DNA of 64,000 nucleotides, taken from positions 109,277 through 173,276 of the IMG/VR virus record IMGVR_UViG_3300012286_000299. The stretch is one strand, 5' to 3'. Within the stretch, counting starts at the first letter, position 1. The number at the start of each line of letters is the position of its first letter. The DNA is from a virus. Lineage: Duplodnaviria; Heunggongvirae; Uroviricota; Caudoviricetes. The translations under genes and the position numbers were made by a program. Positions 28,181 through 38,608 of the stretch are shown piece after piece. The notes under the pieces were generated by a model, which searched no databases, was not told the origin of the DNA, and worked only from the letters and a program-made list of their open reading frames with translations.

Positions 28181-29529
28181 TAAAATTTATAATATTTGAT
28201 TTAGATGGTGTTTTAGTAGAAGCCAAAAATATTCATTTTGAAGCTTTAAATGAAGCTTTAGGAAAAAAATATGAAATATCTTGGAATGAACATTTAAGTA
28301 AATATGATGGTTTAAAAACAAATCAAAAACTTGAAATGTTAACTCAAGATAAAGGGTTACCTGTTGCATTATATAAACAAGTTTGGGATGAAAAACAACG
28401 ATTAACTTTACATAAGTTAAAAAACTTACAACCTGATACTCAATTAATGGTTTGTATGGATTCATTAGTACAACAAGGTTATAAATTAGCAGTATGTTCA
28501 AATAGTATACGTAAAACTGTATTAACAGTGTTATCTAAATTAAATATAATTGAAAATTTTGATTTAATATTATCTAATGAAGACGTAAAGAATAGTAAAC
28601 CTCATCCTGAGATTTATTGGAAAGCCATATCACAAATGGGTTTTTTACCTGAGGAAACACTTATTGTTGAGGATTCACCTTATGGTTTACTAGCCGCAAG
28701 CAGGAGTAAAGCTTCTGTAATGAGAGTTGGATCCCCAAAAGATATTTCGTATAATAACATTTATAAATACTTAAACCAAGAAAAAATGAATTTAACACCT
28801 AAATGGAAAGATGACAAATTAAATGTTTTAATTCCTATGGCTGGAGCTGGTTCACGTTTTGAACAAGCAGGTTATACTTTTCCTAAACCTCTAATAGAAG
28901 TAAAAGGTAAACCAATGATCCAAGTTGTAGTTGAAAACTTAAACTTAGAAGCAAATTATATTTATGTAGTACAAAAAGCTCATAGACAAAAATATAACTT
29001 AGATACATTATTAAATCTAATTACACCAGGATGTAAAATTGTAGAGACTGATGGGTTAACTGAAGGAGCAGCATGTACTGCTTTATTAGCTAAAGAATTT
29101 ATAGACAACAATGCTCCATTGTTTTTTGCTAATTCAGATCAATTTGTAGAATGGGACTCAAATGAATTTATGTATAAAATGAATGAAACTAACGCTGATG
29201 GTGGTATTGTTTCATTTACTGCTACTCACCCTAAATGGTCATTTGCTAAAGTTGATGAAAACGGATTAGTAACTAAAGTTGCTGAGAAAAATCCTATTTC
29301 AGATATAGCAACTGTAGGATATTACTACTGGAAACATGGTTCAGATTTTGTTAAATATGCTGAGCAAATGATTGAAAAAAATATAAGAGTAAATAATGAA
29401 TTCTATGTATGTCCTGTATTTAATCAAGCAATTGAAGATTGTAAACAAATCCGAACTTTTAACACTAATGGAATGTGGGGTCTTGGAACACCTGAAGATT
29501 TAAATTATTATTTAGAACATTATGTATAA
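28177..29529 (+). CDS. bifunctional HAD-superfamily hydrolase / sugar- or alcohol-phosphate nucleotidyltransferase
   Basis: N-terminal HAD motifs FIIFDLDGVL (I), SKPHPEIY (III, Lys) and VEDSPYGLLAA (IV). C-terminal nucleotidyltransferase P-loop LIPMAGAGSRF (G-x-G-[ST]-R), compare LicC/RmlA/HddC-type. Confidence 0.6.
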   Translation: MIKFIIFDLDGVLVEAKNIHFEALNEALGKKYEISWNEHLSKYDGLKTNQKLEMLTQDKGLPVALYKQVWDEKQRLTLHKLKNLQPDTQLMVCMDSLVQQGYKLAVCSNSIRKTVLTVLSKLNIIENFDLILSNEDVKNSKPHPEIYWKAISQMGFLPEETLIVEDSPYGLLAASRSKASVMRVGSPKDISYNNIYKYLNQEKMNLTPKWKDDKLNVLIPMAGAGSRFEQAGYTFPKPLIEVKGKPMIQVVVENLNLEANYIYVVQKAHRQKYNLDTLLNLITPGCKIVETDGLTEGAACTALLAKEFIDNNAPLFFANSDQFVEWDSNEFMYKMNETNADGGIVSFTATHPKWSFAKVDENGLVTKVAEKNPISDIATVGYYYWKHGSDFVKYAEQMIEKNIRVNNEFYVCPVFNQAIEDCKQIRTFNTNGMWGLGTPEDLNYYLEHYV

Positions 29530-30322
29530 ATTACATATAGTAATACCTATTGGAGTAAGTTCACCTGGGACTCCAGTACCTGAATTTTTATTAAATGGTA
29601 TAGAAAGTTTAAAAGAACAAACATTAGATGATATTCTAATTACAGTAGCAGCTGACGAAAATATATCAGATGAATGTAAACAAGTATTAAAAGATACAGG
29701 TGTAAATGTTGAATGGTTTCCTGAGTATTCTTATTTTACTAAAGAAGGAATTTGGGGTAAAATATTTAAATGTTGGGAAAATTATGATTCACAATATGTT
29801 TCATTTCTTCATTATGATGATCTTTGGGAAAGTAATAAAGCTTTAAATCAAATTAATTTTATTGAAAAAAACAATTTAGATGGTTGTTGGTCCCAAGTAT
29901 ATCTTATAAATGATAATAATGAAATTACTAGTGGAGATAGTATGCAAATTAGTAAATTATCTGCTAATTCTGTAGGATATTTAATTCCATGGATGTGTCA
30001 TTCTACTATTATAAAAAAAGATACCATATTAAACTGTGGAATATTAGAATATAGAGAAAAATGGAATTGTGATTTTGAATGGTTATATACTGTATTTTTA
30101 CATAAAATTAAAAACCTAATGAAATGTGAGGATGCTATATTTTTATGGAGACAACATGAAAGTCAAGTATCACACGCTCAAGGGATTAATATGAAAGAAG
30201 ATAATAATCATGTTAAAGAACAAAGAGAACTTGTAGGTTATTCGTTTGATGAAACCATGGAAGATTCTCGTTATGTGATGGAAAATATAAATTTAGAGGA
30301 GATTAAAAAACTATACAAATAA
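29522..30322 (+). CDS. hypothetical protein (possible glycosyltransferase)
   Basis: 266 aa with a HIVIPIGVSS...TLDDILITVAADEN N-terminus within the glycosylation island. Confidence 0.3.
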   Translation: MYKLHIVIPIGVSSPGTPVPEFLLNGIESLKEQTLDDILITVAADENISDECKQVLKDTGVNVEWFPEYSYFTKEGIWGKIFKCWENYDSQYVSFLHYDDLWESNKALNQINFIEKNNLDGCWSQVYLINDNNEITSGDSMQISKLSANSVGYLIPWMCHSTIIKKDTILNCGILEYREKWNCDFEWLYTVFLHKIKNLMKCEDAIFLWRQHESQVSHAQGINMKEDNNHVKEQRELVGYSFDETMEDSRYVMENINLEEIKKLYK

Positions 30323-30324
30323 AA

Positions 30325-31011
30325 ATGGAAAATTTAAATCAATATGTAAATATGCTTAATGAAGCATACAAAATGGGAACAAATAACCACCCAGAACACA
30401 ATTCAAATCCTAATTATTGGGGCTTACTTTTAAATAGTATTAAATCAAATCCTGAAAACTGGGATGGGAAAAAAGCACTTGATTTTGGGTGTGGTAAAGG
30501 AAGAAATGTAACTAATATGTTATCTTTAGCTAATTTTGAAAGAGTAGATGGTATAGATGTTAGTGAAGATAATGTTAGATACTGTAAAGAAATATACACT
30601 AATCAACCTTCTGACTTTTATAAAAATTCAGGGGAAGATTTATCTGATTTAAATGATAATGAATATGATTTTGTAATGAGTACTATTGTATTCCAACATA
30701 TTTGTGTACATGAATTAAGATATAAATTAAAAGAAGAAATATATAGAGTATTAAAACCTGGAGGAGAATTTTCATTCCAAATGGGATTTGGACCTATAGA
30801 TTGGAGTGGTAATACAAAACAGAGAACTTACTTTGAAAATGGGTATAACGCTGAAAATTCTAATGGAAGTAATGATGTTCGAGTATCAGACCCACAAGAT
30901 TTAGTTAATGATTTAAGTAAAATTGGTTTTAAAGATATTACTTATTCTGTTGAAGAGCCTTGGGAAGATGGAGGTCATCCTAATTGGATTTATGTAAAAT
31001 GTTTTAAATAA
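30325..31011 (+). CDS. SAM-dependent methyltransferase
   Basis: Motif I ALDFGCGKGRNV and post-I acidic RVDGIDVSE, with a Rossmann-fold MTase layout. Confidence 0.65.
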   Translation: MENLNQYVNMLNEAYKMGTNNHPEHNSNPNYWGLLLNSIKSNPENWDGKKALDFGCGKGRNVTNMLSLANFERVDGIDVSEDNVRYCKEIYTNQPSDFYKNSGEDLSDLNDNEYDFVMSTIVFQHICVHELRYKLKEEIYRVLKPGGEFSFQMGFGPIDWSGNTKQRTYFENGYNAENSNGSNDVRVSDPQDLVNDLSKIGFKDITYSVEEPWEDGGHPNWIYVKCFK

Positions 31012-31871
31012 TGAACACTTGTATATTTACAACTCATACCACTTTAAATTTAAAACATGCTGAATACAGTTTGAAGTCCCTATTGGGGCTTCAAAGTGTT
31101 GATGTGATATGGGATAATTTTATAATTTATAATACTCATGATCATGAATTGAGTAACTATGATTTAGTAAATTTAATTAAACAATTTGATGTTAAGAATT
31201 ATATTAAAAACCTTTTAATATTTCCTTATGATTCTGAAATAAATAAAAAAAATTTATTACAAGATATAAGAAATTGGTATGATATAGGATTATCATTAGA
31301 ATTACAAAACACACCAGGTAAAATGTTATGGTTAAAATCAGACTATTGTGTTTCTAATAATTTCAACCAAATATTCTTAGAACATAGTCTTAATAATTGT
31401 ATGTGGTCATTACCTACATTAGGGGCTAAACAAAAAATTAGTTATGACACTATATTAACTAAACTTAATTTACCTGAGTTTACTACATCAGATTTTGAAA
31501 CATATTATAGGGGAGGAGATAATCCTAATAATGAATTATCTAATGAAGAAATATCACCTAATGGAGAAATGGATTATCATCCATCTATAAATTATGTTTC
31601 TCATAATTACGTTCATGATTTTAACTTACATGTTATATCTAATGATACTTTAGAATTAGGTAGAGAATTAGCTTATCATCCTCAAGTATTCGATATGAAT
31701 TCAACATGGGGTGGTCCCCATAATTTATTTTATGGTTTGAAACAAAATGGAGTGTATTTTAGTGGTGAATATAGAGCTTATGGTATCCATATGTTTCATG
31801 AAATAATTTCTGAAAATAGGTTGGAAGACAGAGGAGATGATCGTAAATTACATATAGGAGAAAAATATTAA
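31011..31871 (+). CDS. hypothetical protein
   Basis: 286-aa ORF in the glycosylation island. Confidence 0.45.
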   Translation: MNTCIFTTHTTLNLKHAEYSLKSLLGLQSVDVIWDNFIIYNTHDHELSNYDLVNLIKQFDVKNYIKNLLIFPYDSEINKKNLLQDIRNWYDIGLSLELQNTPGKMLWLKSDYCVSNNFNQIFLEHSLNNCMWSLPTLGAKQKISYDTILTKLNLPEFTTSDFETYYRGGDNPNNELSNEEISPNGEMDYHPSINYVSHNYVHDFNLHVISNDTLELGRELAYHPQVFDMNSTWGGPHNLFYGLKQNGVYFSGEYRAYGIHMFHEIISENRLEDRGDDRKLHIGEKY

Positions 31872-31877
31872 AAAATT

Positions 31878-32312
31878 ATGATACTAATTTCACATAGAGG
31901 GAATACAAACGGGAAGTTTGAATCCTATGAAAATGAACCTAATTACATTGATAAAGCCATATCAGAAGGATATGATGTTGAAATTGATATTTGGTGTATT
32001 GAAGGTCTTTTATTATTAGGACATGATAAACCACAATACGGTATAACACAACATTGGTTAAATGAACGACATGATAAATTATGGATACATTGTAAAAATG
32101 TAGAAGCTGTAGAATGGTTTAACATGATTAAAGGGTTTAATTATTTTTGGCATGAAGAAGATACAGTAACATTGACATCACATGGATTTATTTGGGCTTA
32201 CCCAGGTAAACAACCTATAAAAAATTCAATAGCAGTATTACCTGAAAAATACAATGATAATTTAAATCAATGTATAGGAATATGCTCCGATTATTTAAAA
32301 AATTATAAATAA
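31878..32312 (+). CDS. glycerophosphodiester phosphodiesterase-like (GDPD) small protein
   Basis: ILISHRGN ... YDVEIDIW matches the GDPD HR(G) and E-x-D catalytic blocks, though the protein is only 144 aa. Confidence 0.4.
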   Translation: MILISHRGNTNGKFESYENEPNYIDKAISEGYDVEIDIWCIEGLLLLGHDKPQYGITQHWLNERHDKLWIHCKNVEAVEWFNMIKGFNYFWHEEDTVTLTSHGFIWAYPGKQPIKNSIAVLPEKYNDNLNQCIGICSDYLKNYK

Positions 32313-32908
32313 TGAAAAACAGAGTTATTTTAGGAGGACCTTTAAGAGGAAATATAAATAACTGGAATAAATTACAAGAATTATTCTCATTATTATCAGC
32401 TGAGGTATACGTGTCATCTTATACAAAATGGGAAAATGTTCCTTTTGAATATCATTATACTCAAACAAAACCCTTTTTAGATTTAACATGTTTTTCTCAA
32501 GGACAACATGTTCACAATGCTAGATATAAAGAACAATGGGAATCATTATATACTTGTTATTCTACCTTTTCTCCATCATTTTCAGAAGATGATATAATCT
32601 TTAAATTAAGAAATGATATATGTTTAGAATCTTCATTAAATATATTATTAGAACTCCAAATAAAAGATAATTACATACACGCTCCCAATACTGAATTTCA
32701 TATGAATTGTCCATTTGATGTGAATGTAGTATGTAATGACCAATTTTATATTTCTAAAAAACCAGTAGCTGATAAGATCTTTAATCTTCCTTATAATTTT
32801 GTATTTGATTCTAATAAAGATTTAGGTATAGAAGCTATTTTACGGGATTATATGTCACAACAAAATATCAATTTAGAAACATTTGAATTTAAATACTCCC
32901 GAGTATGA
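32312..32908 (+). CDS. hypothetical protein
   Basis: 198-aa ORF. Confidence 0.45.
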   Translation: MKNRVILGGPLRGNINNWNKLQELFSLLSAEVYVSSYTKWENVPFEYHYTQTKPFLDLTCFSQGQHVHNARYKEQWESLYTCYSTFSPSFSEDDIIFKLRNDICLESSLNILLELQIKDNYIHAPNTEFHMNCPFDVNVVCNDQFYISKKPVADKIFNLPYNFVFDSNKDLGIEAILRDYMSQQNINLETFEFKYSRV

Positions 32909-33618
32909 AGTTAGCAATTTGCATAAGTGGTCAACCTAGAAATTTTGAACAAGGTTATGAAAGTTTAAAAACTTATTTTTTAGACAAATATGATTGTGAT
33001 ATTTACTTTCATACTTGGAAAATTGATAGTTTTGAATCAACTAATTTTGGTTTTGGTAATCATCAATATAGTTTTGATAGAAATGATTATTATAGTTTAA
33101 ACTTTTTATATCAACCCAAAAATCACATTTTAGAAAATCCTATTATATTTGATAGTAGTGGTTATAAATGTCCAATTTGGAGACAACCACTAAATAATAC
33201 ATTAAGTATGTTTTATTCTATTTATAGATCTTTTCAATTAATTGAAGGGAATTATGATTATATTATAAGAACTAGATTTGATGTAAATTACTCTAAATTT
33301 AATTTGGAGTTTCCAGAAAAAGGTATTATATTACCAGAATGGAATACTGATATTAGAGTTAAATCTAGGGGTTATTATGATGTATTTGCTTTGGGTAAAC
33401 CCGAAGATATGAAAATATATTCACAAGTATTTTCAAATATTATATCTTATGTAACTAATGATGAAGATTTTCTTAACTTCTTAACAGGAGGTTGGCCTGG
33501 ACAAGACTCACCATTAAGAAATGAGTATTTATTAAAATGGCATTTATTAAAAAATAATATAAAAGTAAAAGAATTACCTACATTAGAAATAAAAGCTGAT
33601 GTTGGTTTAATAAGATAA
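32905..33618 (+). CDS. hypothetical protein
   Basis: 237-aa ORF. Confidence 0.45.
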   Translation: MKLAICISGQPRNFEQGYESLKTYFLDKYDCDIYFHTWKIDSFESTNFGFGNHQYSFDRNDYYSLNFLYQPKNHILENPIIFDSSGYKCPIWRQPLNNTLSMFYSIYRSFQLIEGNYDYIIRTRFDVNYSKFNLEFPEKGIILPEWNTDIRVKSRGYYDVFALGKPEDMKIYSQVFSNIISYVTNDEDFLNFLTGGWPGQDSPLRNEYLLKWHLLKNNIKVKELPTLEIKADVGLIR

Positions 33619-33619
33619 T

Positions 33620-34534
33620 ATGAAAGGAGTCATAACTATATTTGCATTACCCCAAGAATTAGAAGATTTATCTTTAACATTATATAACCTAAAAAGAAAT
33701 TCAGTTTATTTAGACCCACAAGACAAATATTCAGTAGACATAACATTATGTTTATCAGATGAATTAACAGATTGGAACAGTTCTATATTACCTAAAGATT
33801 ATATTGAACAACGAACTATTGAATTATGTAAAAAGTTTTTAGATTGGTGTGAATATGATTTAAATATTGAAAAAGGAGATAATATATTAGGATGTGTTTC
33901 TCAAAGACGATATAGTTTAAATAAACATCAAGATGCTGATTTTTTTATTTGGTTAGATTGTGATTTTATATTTAAAGATTCAACATTATCCTATATGGCT
34001 ACTGCATATCAAAATATAAAAGATATAGGAACTAATAATTTTATTCTAACCCCTCAATTTGTAAGACAATGGGACACTTCATGGGATGTATTAGTTAATG
34101 AAAAATTTATAAATCACCCTATATGTTACCACGAATCAGCAGATGTTTATATTGATACCCTTCCACAAAATGATGAAATACAAGTTAAACAAATCAATAA
34201 CATTAAATTTGCAGGTGGGTGGTTCACATTAATAACAGGTAAATTATTACAAGAAATAACTATCCCTGAATCTTTAGGCCATTATGGTTTAGAAGATAAT
34301 TTTGTTATTGAGTGTTCTAAAATACTACAACATAAAGGTGTAAATATATCTCAATTTATATTAGACGGACTTGTTATAGGTGAAAGTTATACTCATAGAC
34401 CAAATCAAACTATTAAAAATTTTATTACAAGTAAAAATAGAAAACAAGAATTTACTCAAATAGCACAAGATAATTTTCCAATTGAATTAAATAAATTTTA
34501 TGAAAGAAGTAACAGTAGTATTAACAGCCTGTAA
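33620..34534 (+). CDS. hypothetical protein
   Basis: 304-aa ORF. Confidence 0.45.
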   Translation: MKGVITIFALPQELEDLSLTLYNLKRNSVYLDPQDKYSVDITLCLSDELTDWNSSILPKDYIEQRTIELCKKFLDWCEYDLNIEKGDNILGCVSQRRYSLNKHQDADFFIWLDCDFIFKDSTLSYMATAYQNIKDIGTNNFILTPQFVRQWDTSWDVLVNEKFINHPICYHESADVYIDTLPQNDEIQVKQINNIKFAGGWFTLITGKLLQEITIPESLGHYGLEDNFVIECSKILQHKGVNISQFILDGLVIGESYTHRPNQTIKNFITSKNRKQEFTQIAQDNFPIELNKFYERSNSSINSL

Positions 34535-35189
34535 TAGGGCAGATTTATTAGAACGAACTTTAGATAGTTTTTTCGAAATGAACACTTATCCTCTTAAACG
34601 TTTTATTATCATTGATGATGGGATGAATTTTGGATGTAATGATTTTGTTAAAGATAAATATGATTTTCCTATTGAATTAATTTATAATGATCCTAAATTA
34701 TATCAAATTAAATCTATTGATTATGCCTATTCTTTAGTTGATACTGAATATATATTTCATATGGAAGAGGATTGGTTATTTCTTAAATCAGGTTTTATTG
34801 AAGATTCAATAGAAATATTAGAACAAGATCCTAACATAGTTCAAGTATGGTTAAGAGGTTTAGATGATAAAACTTTAAATCACCCTTATTCTCCTGATTT
34901 ATATTCTAGTGGTGATAAAAAATTAGTAATGAATTTACCTAATGGAGTATGGGGTGGAATTAGTTTTAACCCGGGATTAAATAGATTAAGTGATTGGAAA
35001 TCATTTGCTAATGGTTATGATGGATGTACTAGATTAACTCCTCCAGAAAACAGTGGTGGTGTAACACTTGAATGTGATATATCATATGAAAACATTCAAC
35101 GAGGTAAAATCACTATGAGATTTGTAGAATCATACATAGAACATATAGGATGGGATAGACATATAATACACGGAATAAATGGAGAATAA
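34500..35189 (+). CDS. glycosyltransferase family 2-like
   Basis: VTVVLTACNRADLLERTLDSF ... FIIIDDGMN (GT-A DxD region). Confidence 0.5.
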   Translation: MKEVTVVLTACNRADLLERTLDSFFEMNTYPLKRFIIIDDGMNFGCNDFVKDKYDFPIELIYNDPKLYQIKSIDYAYSLVDTEYIFHMEEDWLFLKSGFIEDSIEILEQDPNIVQVWLRGLDDKTLNHPYSPDLYSSGDKKLVMNLPNGVWGGISFNPGLNRLSDWKSFANGYDGCTRLTPPENSGGVTLECDISYENIQRGKITMRFVESYIEHIGWDRHIIHGINGE

Positions 35190-36384
35190 ATTTAATATAA
35201 GCAATATATCAGTTGTTGTACCAAGTTACAATAATTTAGAATACCTTAAATCTTTATATAAATCAGTTAGACAAGTTTCATCTGAAATTGAATTAATAAT
35301 GTTTAGTGATGGTTCAACTGATGGGACTAAAGAATGGTTAGAACAATTAAATGATTCTAATTCAATAATAAAATGTTATAATGAAAGAAAGGGACATACC
35401 TTATTATATGATGAAGGATTTTTATTAGCAACTAAAGAAATCATAGGTATATTACATGCTGATATGATTGTAAATAAGAATTTCTTTAATTCTATTATAA
35501 AACATATTGCTACTAATAATATAGTTTGTGGAACGTGTATAGAACCACCTTTACACCCACCTGGAGGAGAAAAACATATATTAGATCTTGGAATGTATCC
35601 TAATGAATTCAATGAGGATAAATTTAATAGTTTTTGTAATGATAAAGATGTAAATCAAATATCCGAAGGTATATTTGCTCCTTGGTTTTTACTTAAAGAT
35701 GATTATATATCAAAAATAGGTAAACATGATATTATATATGCTCCTTATGGATACGAAGATAGTGATCTATTTACTAGAATGGCTTTAGCTAATTTTAATT
35801 TTATACAAAGTAGAGATGCTTTTGTATATCATTTTACTCAAAGAGGTCATAAATGGACTAAAGGAGTAGGGATAGAAAATAATGATTATCAGTATCAAAT
35901 GGGTAAAACTCGAAAAGAATATATTAGAAAGTTTGGGAGTGATCCTAAATTTGATTTTAATCATAAACCTACCCCTTCACCTAAATATAATATTGCTTAT
36001 GTAGTTAAACATGCAAACATGCAAATAGTAGAAGTATTAGAACCTTGGTGTGATAGACTTTATATTGAAGACAGTATGCAAGTGATTACAGATTCTTATA
36101 GAGAAAAAGAACAACTAAATACCAAGTTTGATTTATCAAAAAGAGTTCTTACATTGGAGTATAATGATCCAAAAGGAGAGAATGACATCGTAGTAGAATT
36201 TGATGCAAAACAATTTACAAATGCCGATTTTGCTTTCTTACAAAGACTTCCTGAGATTATAAAAGATAATGGAGATATAGGTGAATTTGAATTTGATATA
36301 TTTAAAATAACTATCAATTCAATGACTGAATACCAAAATGATTTAATTTATTTTGATAAAAATAATATTTATATTAAAACATAA
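35179..36384 (+). CDS. glycosyltransferase family 2
   Basis: ISVVVPSYNNLEYL ... MFSDGSTDGT, the canonical GT2 N-terminus and DxD block. Confidence 0.6.
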   Translation: MENKFNISNISVVVPSYNNLEYLKSLYKSVRQVSSEIELIMFSDGSTDGTKEWLEQLNDSNSIIKCYNERKGHTLLYDEGFLLATKEIIGILHADMIVNKNFFNSIIKHIATNNIVCGTCIEPPLHPPGGEKHILDLGMYPNEFNEDKFNSFCNDKDVNQISEGIFAPWFLLKDDYISKIGKHDIIYAPYGYEDSDLFTRMALANFNFIQSRDAFVYHFTQRGHKWTKGVGIENNDYQYQMGKTRKEYIRKFGSDPKFDFNHKPTPSPKYNIAYVVKHANMQIVEVLEPWCDRLYIEDSMQVITDSYREKEQLNTKFDLSKRVLTLEYNDPKGENDIVVEFDAKQFTNADFAFLQRLPEIIKDNGDIGEFEFDIFKITINSMTEYQNDLIYFDKNNIYIKT

Positions 36385-36387
36385 ATT

Positions 36388-36834
36388 ATGGAATTTAAAT
36401 TACGAGATTTTTTCTTAAATGAAGAACTTCTTAGAGAAGAAGGTGAACTAAATTATGAAGCCACTTTAGGAGGTGAAAAATTTAGAGTGGTAGTTGATGT
36501 AAATAAAAACCCAACTAAAAAAGGTATCAAGGTTAAATTTTTCCCTGTTAATGAACAAGGAATGGTCCTTAGTAACTTAACACCTGAAGAAATAGATACA
36601 TTACAAAATAGTATTGCAACTGCAGTAACATCAAAATTTACTGATTATGGTTTAGAATTTGATAGAGATACAGATGCCCCTGATAGACAAGCAGCTAATT
36701 TCCAAATCCCATTAGATTCAGTATTTGCTTTTATTAGAGATACAATATTAGGAGGAGGCGAAGAATCAAGTATGGAAACACAACCTACTGAAGTTCCAAA
36801 TGAAATAGGTTATGATGAAGAAGAAAACGCCTAA
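36388..36834 (+). CDS. hypothetical acidic protein
   Basis: 148-aa ORF. Confidence 0.45.
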   Translation: MEFKLRDFFLNEELLREEGELNYEATLGGEKFRVVVDVNKNPTKKGIKVKFFPVNEQGMVLSNLTPEEIDTLQNSIATAVTSKFTDYGLEFDRDTDAPDRQAANFQIPLDSVFAFIRDTILGGGEESSMETQPTEVPNEIGYDEEENA

Positions 36835-37135
36835 TTTAATTTTAACAAGCTATAGTTTAAGAGGGGTACTAGATACCCTTTTTAATACTGAAATTCAAAA
36901 TGTTTTATATAATGAAACTTTTGAAAGTATTAAAACTGCTTTACAAACTAAAAAACGAGAATGTGTTGTATGTAACATTGGGCAATTAGAAACAACTATA
37001 ACACTTTCTAAATCCAATTGGGAACCTGCTTTAAAATCAATATTAGACTTTTATGTTAAAATAGAAGATTATGATAAATGTTCTCAAATTAACAAATTAA
37101 TACAAGAATTAAATGGAGAAGGAAGTAAAAAGTAA
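36812..37135 (+). CDS. hypothetical protein
   Basis: 107-aa ORF with a 23-nt overlap. Confidence 0.4.
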   Translation: MMKKKTPNLILTSYSLRGVLDTLFNTEIQNVLYNETFESIKTALQTKKRECVVCNIGQLETTITLSKSNWEPALKSILDFYVKIEDYDKCSQINKLIQELNGEGSKK

Positions 37136-37532
37136 TCTTGAAGAGGGATTTAATAAACTTTTCAACACTACAGTTAATATTAAGAGACAAAAAAAGGATA
37201 AAGAATTAAGAAAAAAAACATTATTCATATCTCTTATTAAACAATATGAAGATGTTATATCTAATTCATTTAAATTATTTGAAGGTTTTGGAATTGATTT
37301 AAAAGATTATGAAGATAATTATCATCAAATCATAGATAAAGTGCTCTTACTAAGTTGGGGTGCTGATGTATATGAAATAATTAATTATTATTTATATGAT
37401 CGTTTCGCTATGGATGGATTACCTAATTGCATTATAGAAGAAGTAGAAGGTGTAGAACAAGAGGTATTTTTAAGTAACCCTGAAGAATTGTATAACTACT
37501 TAGTAAATATAAATCCGAATTTTTTAAAATAA
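37113..37532 (+). CDS. hypothetical protein
   Basis: 139-aa ORF. Confidence 0.4.
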   Translation: MEKEVKSNLEEGFNKLFNTTVNIKRQKKDKELRKKTLFISLIKQYEDVISNSFKLFEGFGIDLKDYEDNYHQIIDKVLLLSWGADVYEIINYYLYDRFAMDGLPNCIIEEVEGVEQEVFLSNPEELYNYLVNINPNFLK

Positions 37533-37535
37533 GTT

Positions 37536-38192
37536 ATGGGAACTAGAGGTAAAGCCCCTAAAATTTACTCTAAGGAAGATTTGTTACGTTCAATGAAGGT
37601 TACTAAGAGTATCAGAGCAGCTGCTCGATACTTAAACTGTTCATATCAACATATTAAACCTTATTTTAAATCATATCGAGTTGATGACAACGATCCCAAC
37701 TCGCCTACATTATTTGATGTTCATAAAAATCAATTAGGTAAAGGTATTCCTAAATTCCTAAAACATCATGGTAAAGACCCGGATTTACAGAAAATACTAA
37801 CAGGAGAGTTATACACTGAATCATTTAGTATAGACAAATTCAAACGTCGTTTAATTCAGGAAGCTATATTAGCTGAAGAATGTGTTTGTTGTGGATTTAA
37901 AGAACAACGTGTATCAGATTATAGAGTACCCTTATTAATTAATTTTAAAAATGGGAATAAACGAGATTGGAAACGAGAAAATTTAGAATTTCTTTGTTAT
38001 AACTGTTACTTCTTAACAATTGGAGATGTGTTTACTAAAAAACAAACACAGGATATTGAAGATTATAATGAGGGGTATAAAGCAAATCAGGTAACTTGGG
38101 AATTAGATGAATATGCTGAAGAGCATTTCCGTTCACTAGGGTTAATTGATACTCCAAATGAAGAAGATGACTTTGTTTCTTATAATAGATAA
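37536..38192 (+). CDS. putative HNH-like / zinc-finger nuclease or DNA-binding protein
   Basis: C-terminal CVCCGF...NFKNGNKRDW...LCYNCY (C-x2-C ... N ... C-x2-C, an HNH-like scaffold lacking the canonical His). Possible N-terminal HTH. Confidence 0.3.
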   Translation: MGTRGKAPKIYSKEDLLRSMKVTKSIRAAARYLNCSYQHIKPYFKSYRVDDNDPNSPTLFDVHKNQLGKGIPKFLKHHGKDPDLQKILTGELYTESFSIDKFKRRLIQEAILAEECVCCGFKEQRVSDYRVPLLINFKNGNKRDWKRENLEFLCYNCYFLTIGDVFTKKQTQDIEDYNEGYKANQVTWELDEYAEEHFRSLGLIDTPNEEDDFVSYNR

Positions 38193-38210
38193 GTTTGGAA
38201 ATTTAAAATT

Positions 38211-38235
38211 TTCTTCGTATATTATAAGGTAAATC
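38211..38235 (+). promoter_or_regulatory. conserved promoter-like element
   Basis: ttcttcgtatattataaggtaaat, 10 nt upstream of the ATG at 38243. Confidence 0.45.
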
Positions 38236-38242
38236 AAAAATT

Positions 38243-38608
38243 ATGAAAGTAGAAAATAGAGGTAGACAAGCCATAAATGATACTGTTATAAAACAATATA
38301 CTCAAGTATTTAAAGACCACAAAGGTGAAATAACTACTTGGGAATGGGACAAAAACATTCACGCAAATGGTCCTATTAGTGTTACTATTAAAGATCCCTT
38401 CTGGAGTGTTTTTGATAAAAAAGAAAAACAATTAGCTGATCTCTTAGATAGATACGAACCCAAAGGTAACGAGCGCAAACCACGTATTACAAAAGCTGAT
38501 AAAGAATTAATGGAGCAACTAGAATCCGAAATAAATGAAATCTGGTATGACTCATTCCCTGAAGATAGACCCAAAACTAGAAAACCAAGAACACCTAAAA
38601 ACAAATAA
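38243..38608 (+). CDS. hypothetical basic protein
   Basis: 121-aa ORF. Confidence 0.45.
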   Translation: MKVENRGRQAINDTVIKQYTQVFKDHKGEITTWEWDKNIHANGPISVTIKDPFWSVFDKKEKQLADLLDRYEPKGNERKPRITKADKELMEQLESEINEIWYDSFPEDRPKTRKPRTPKNK

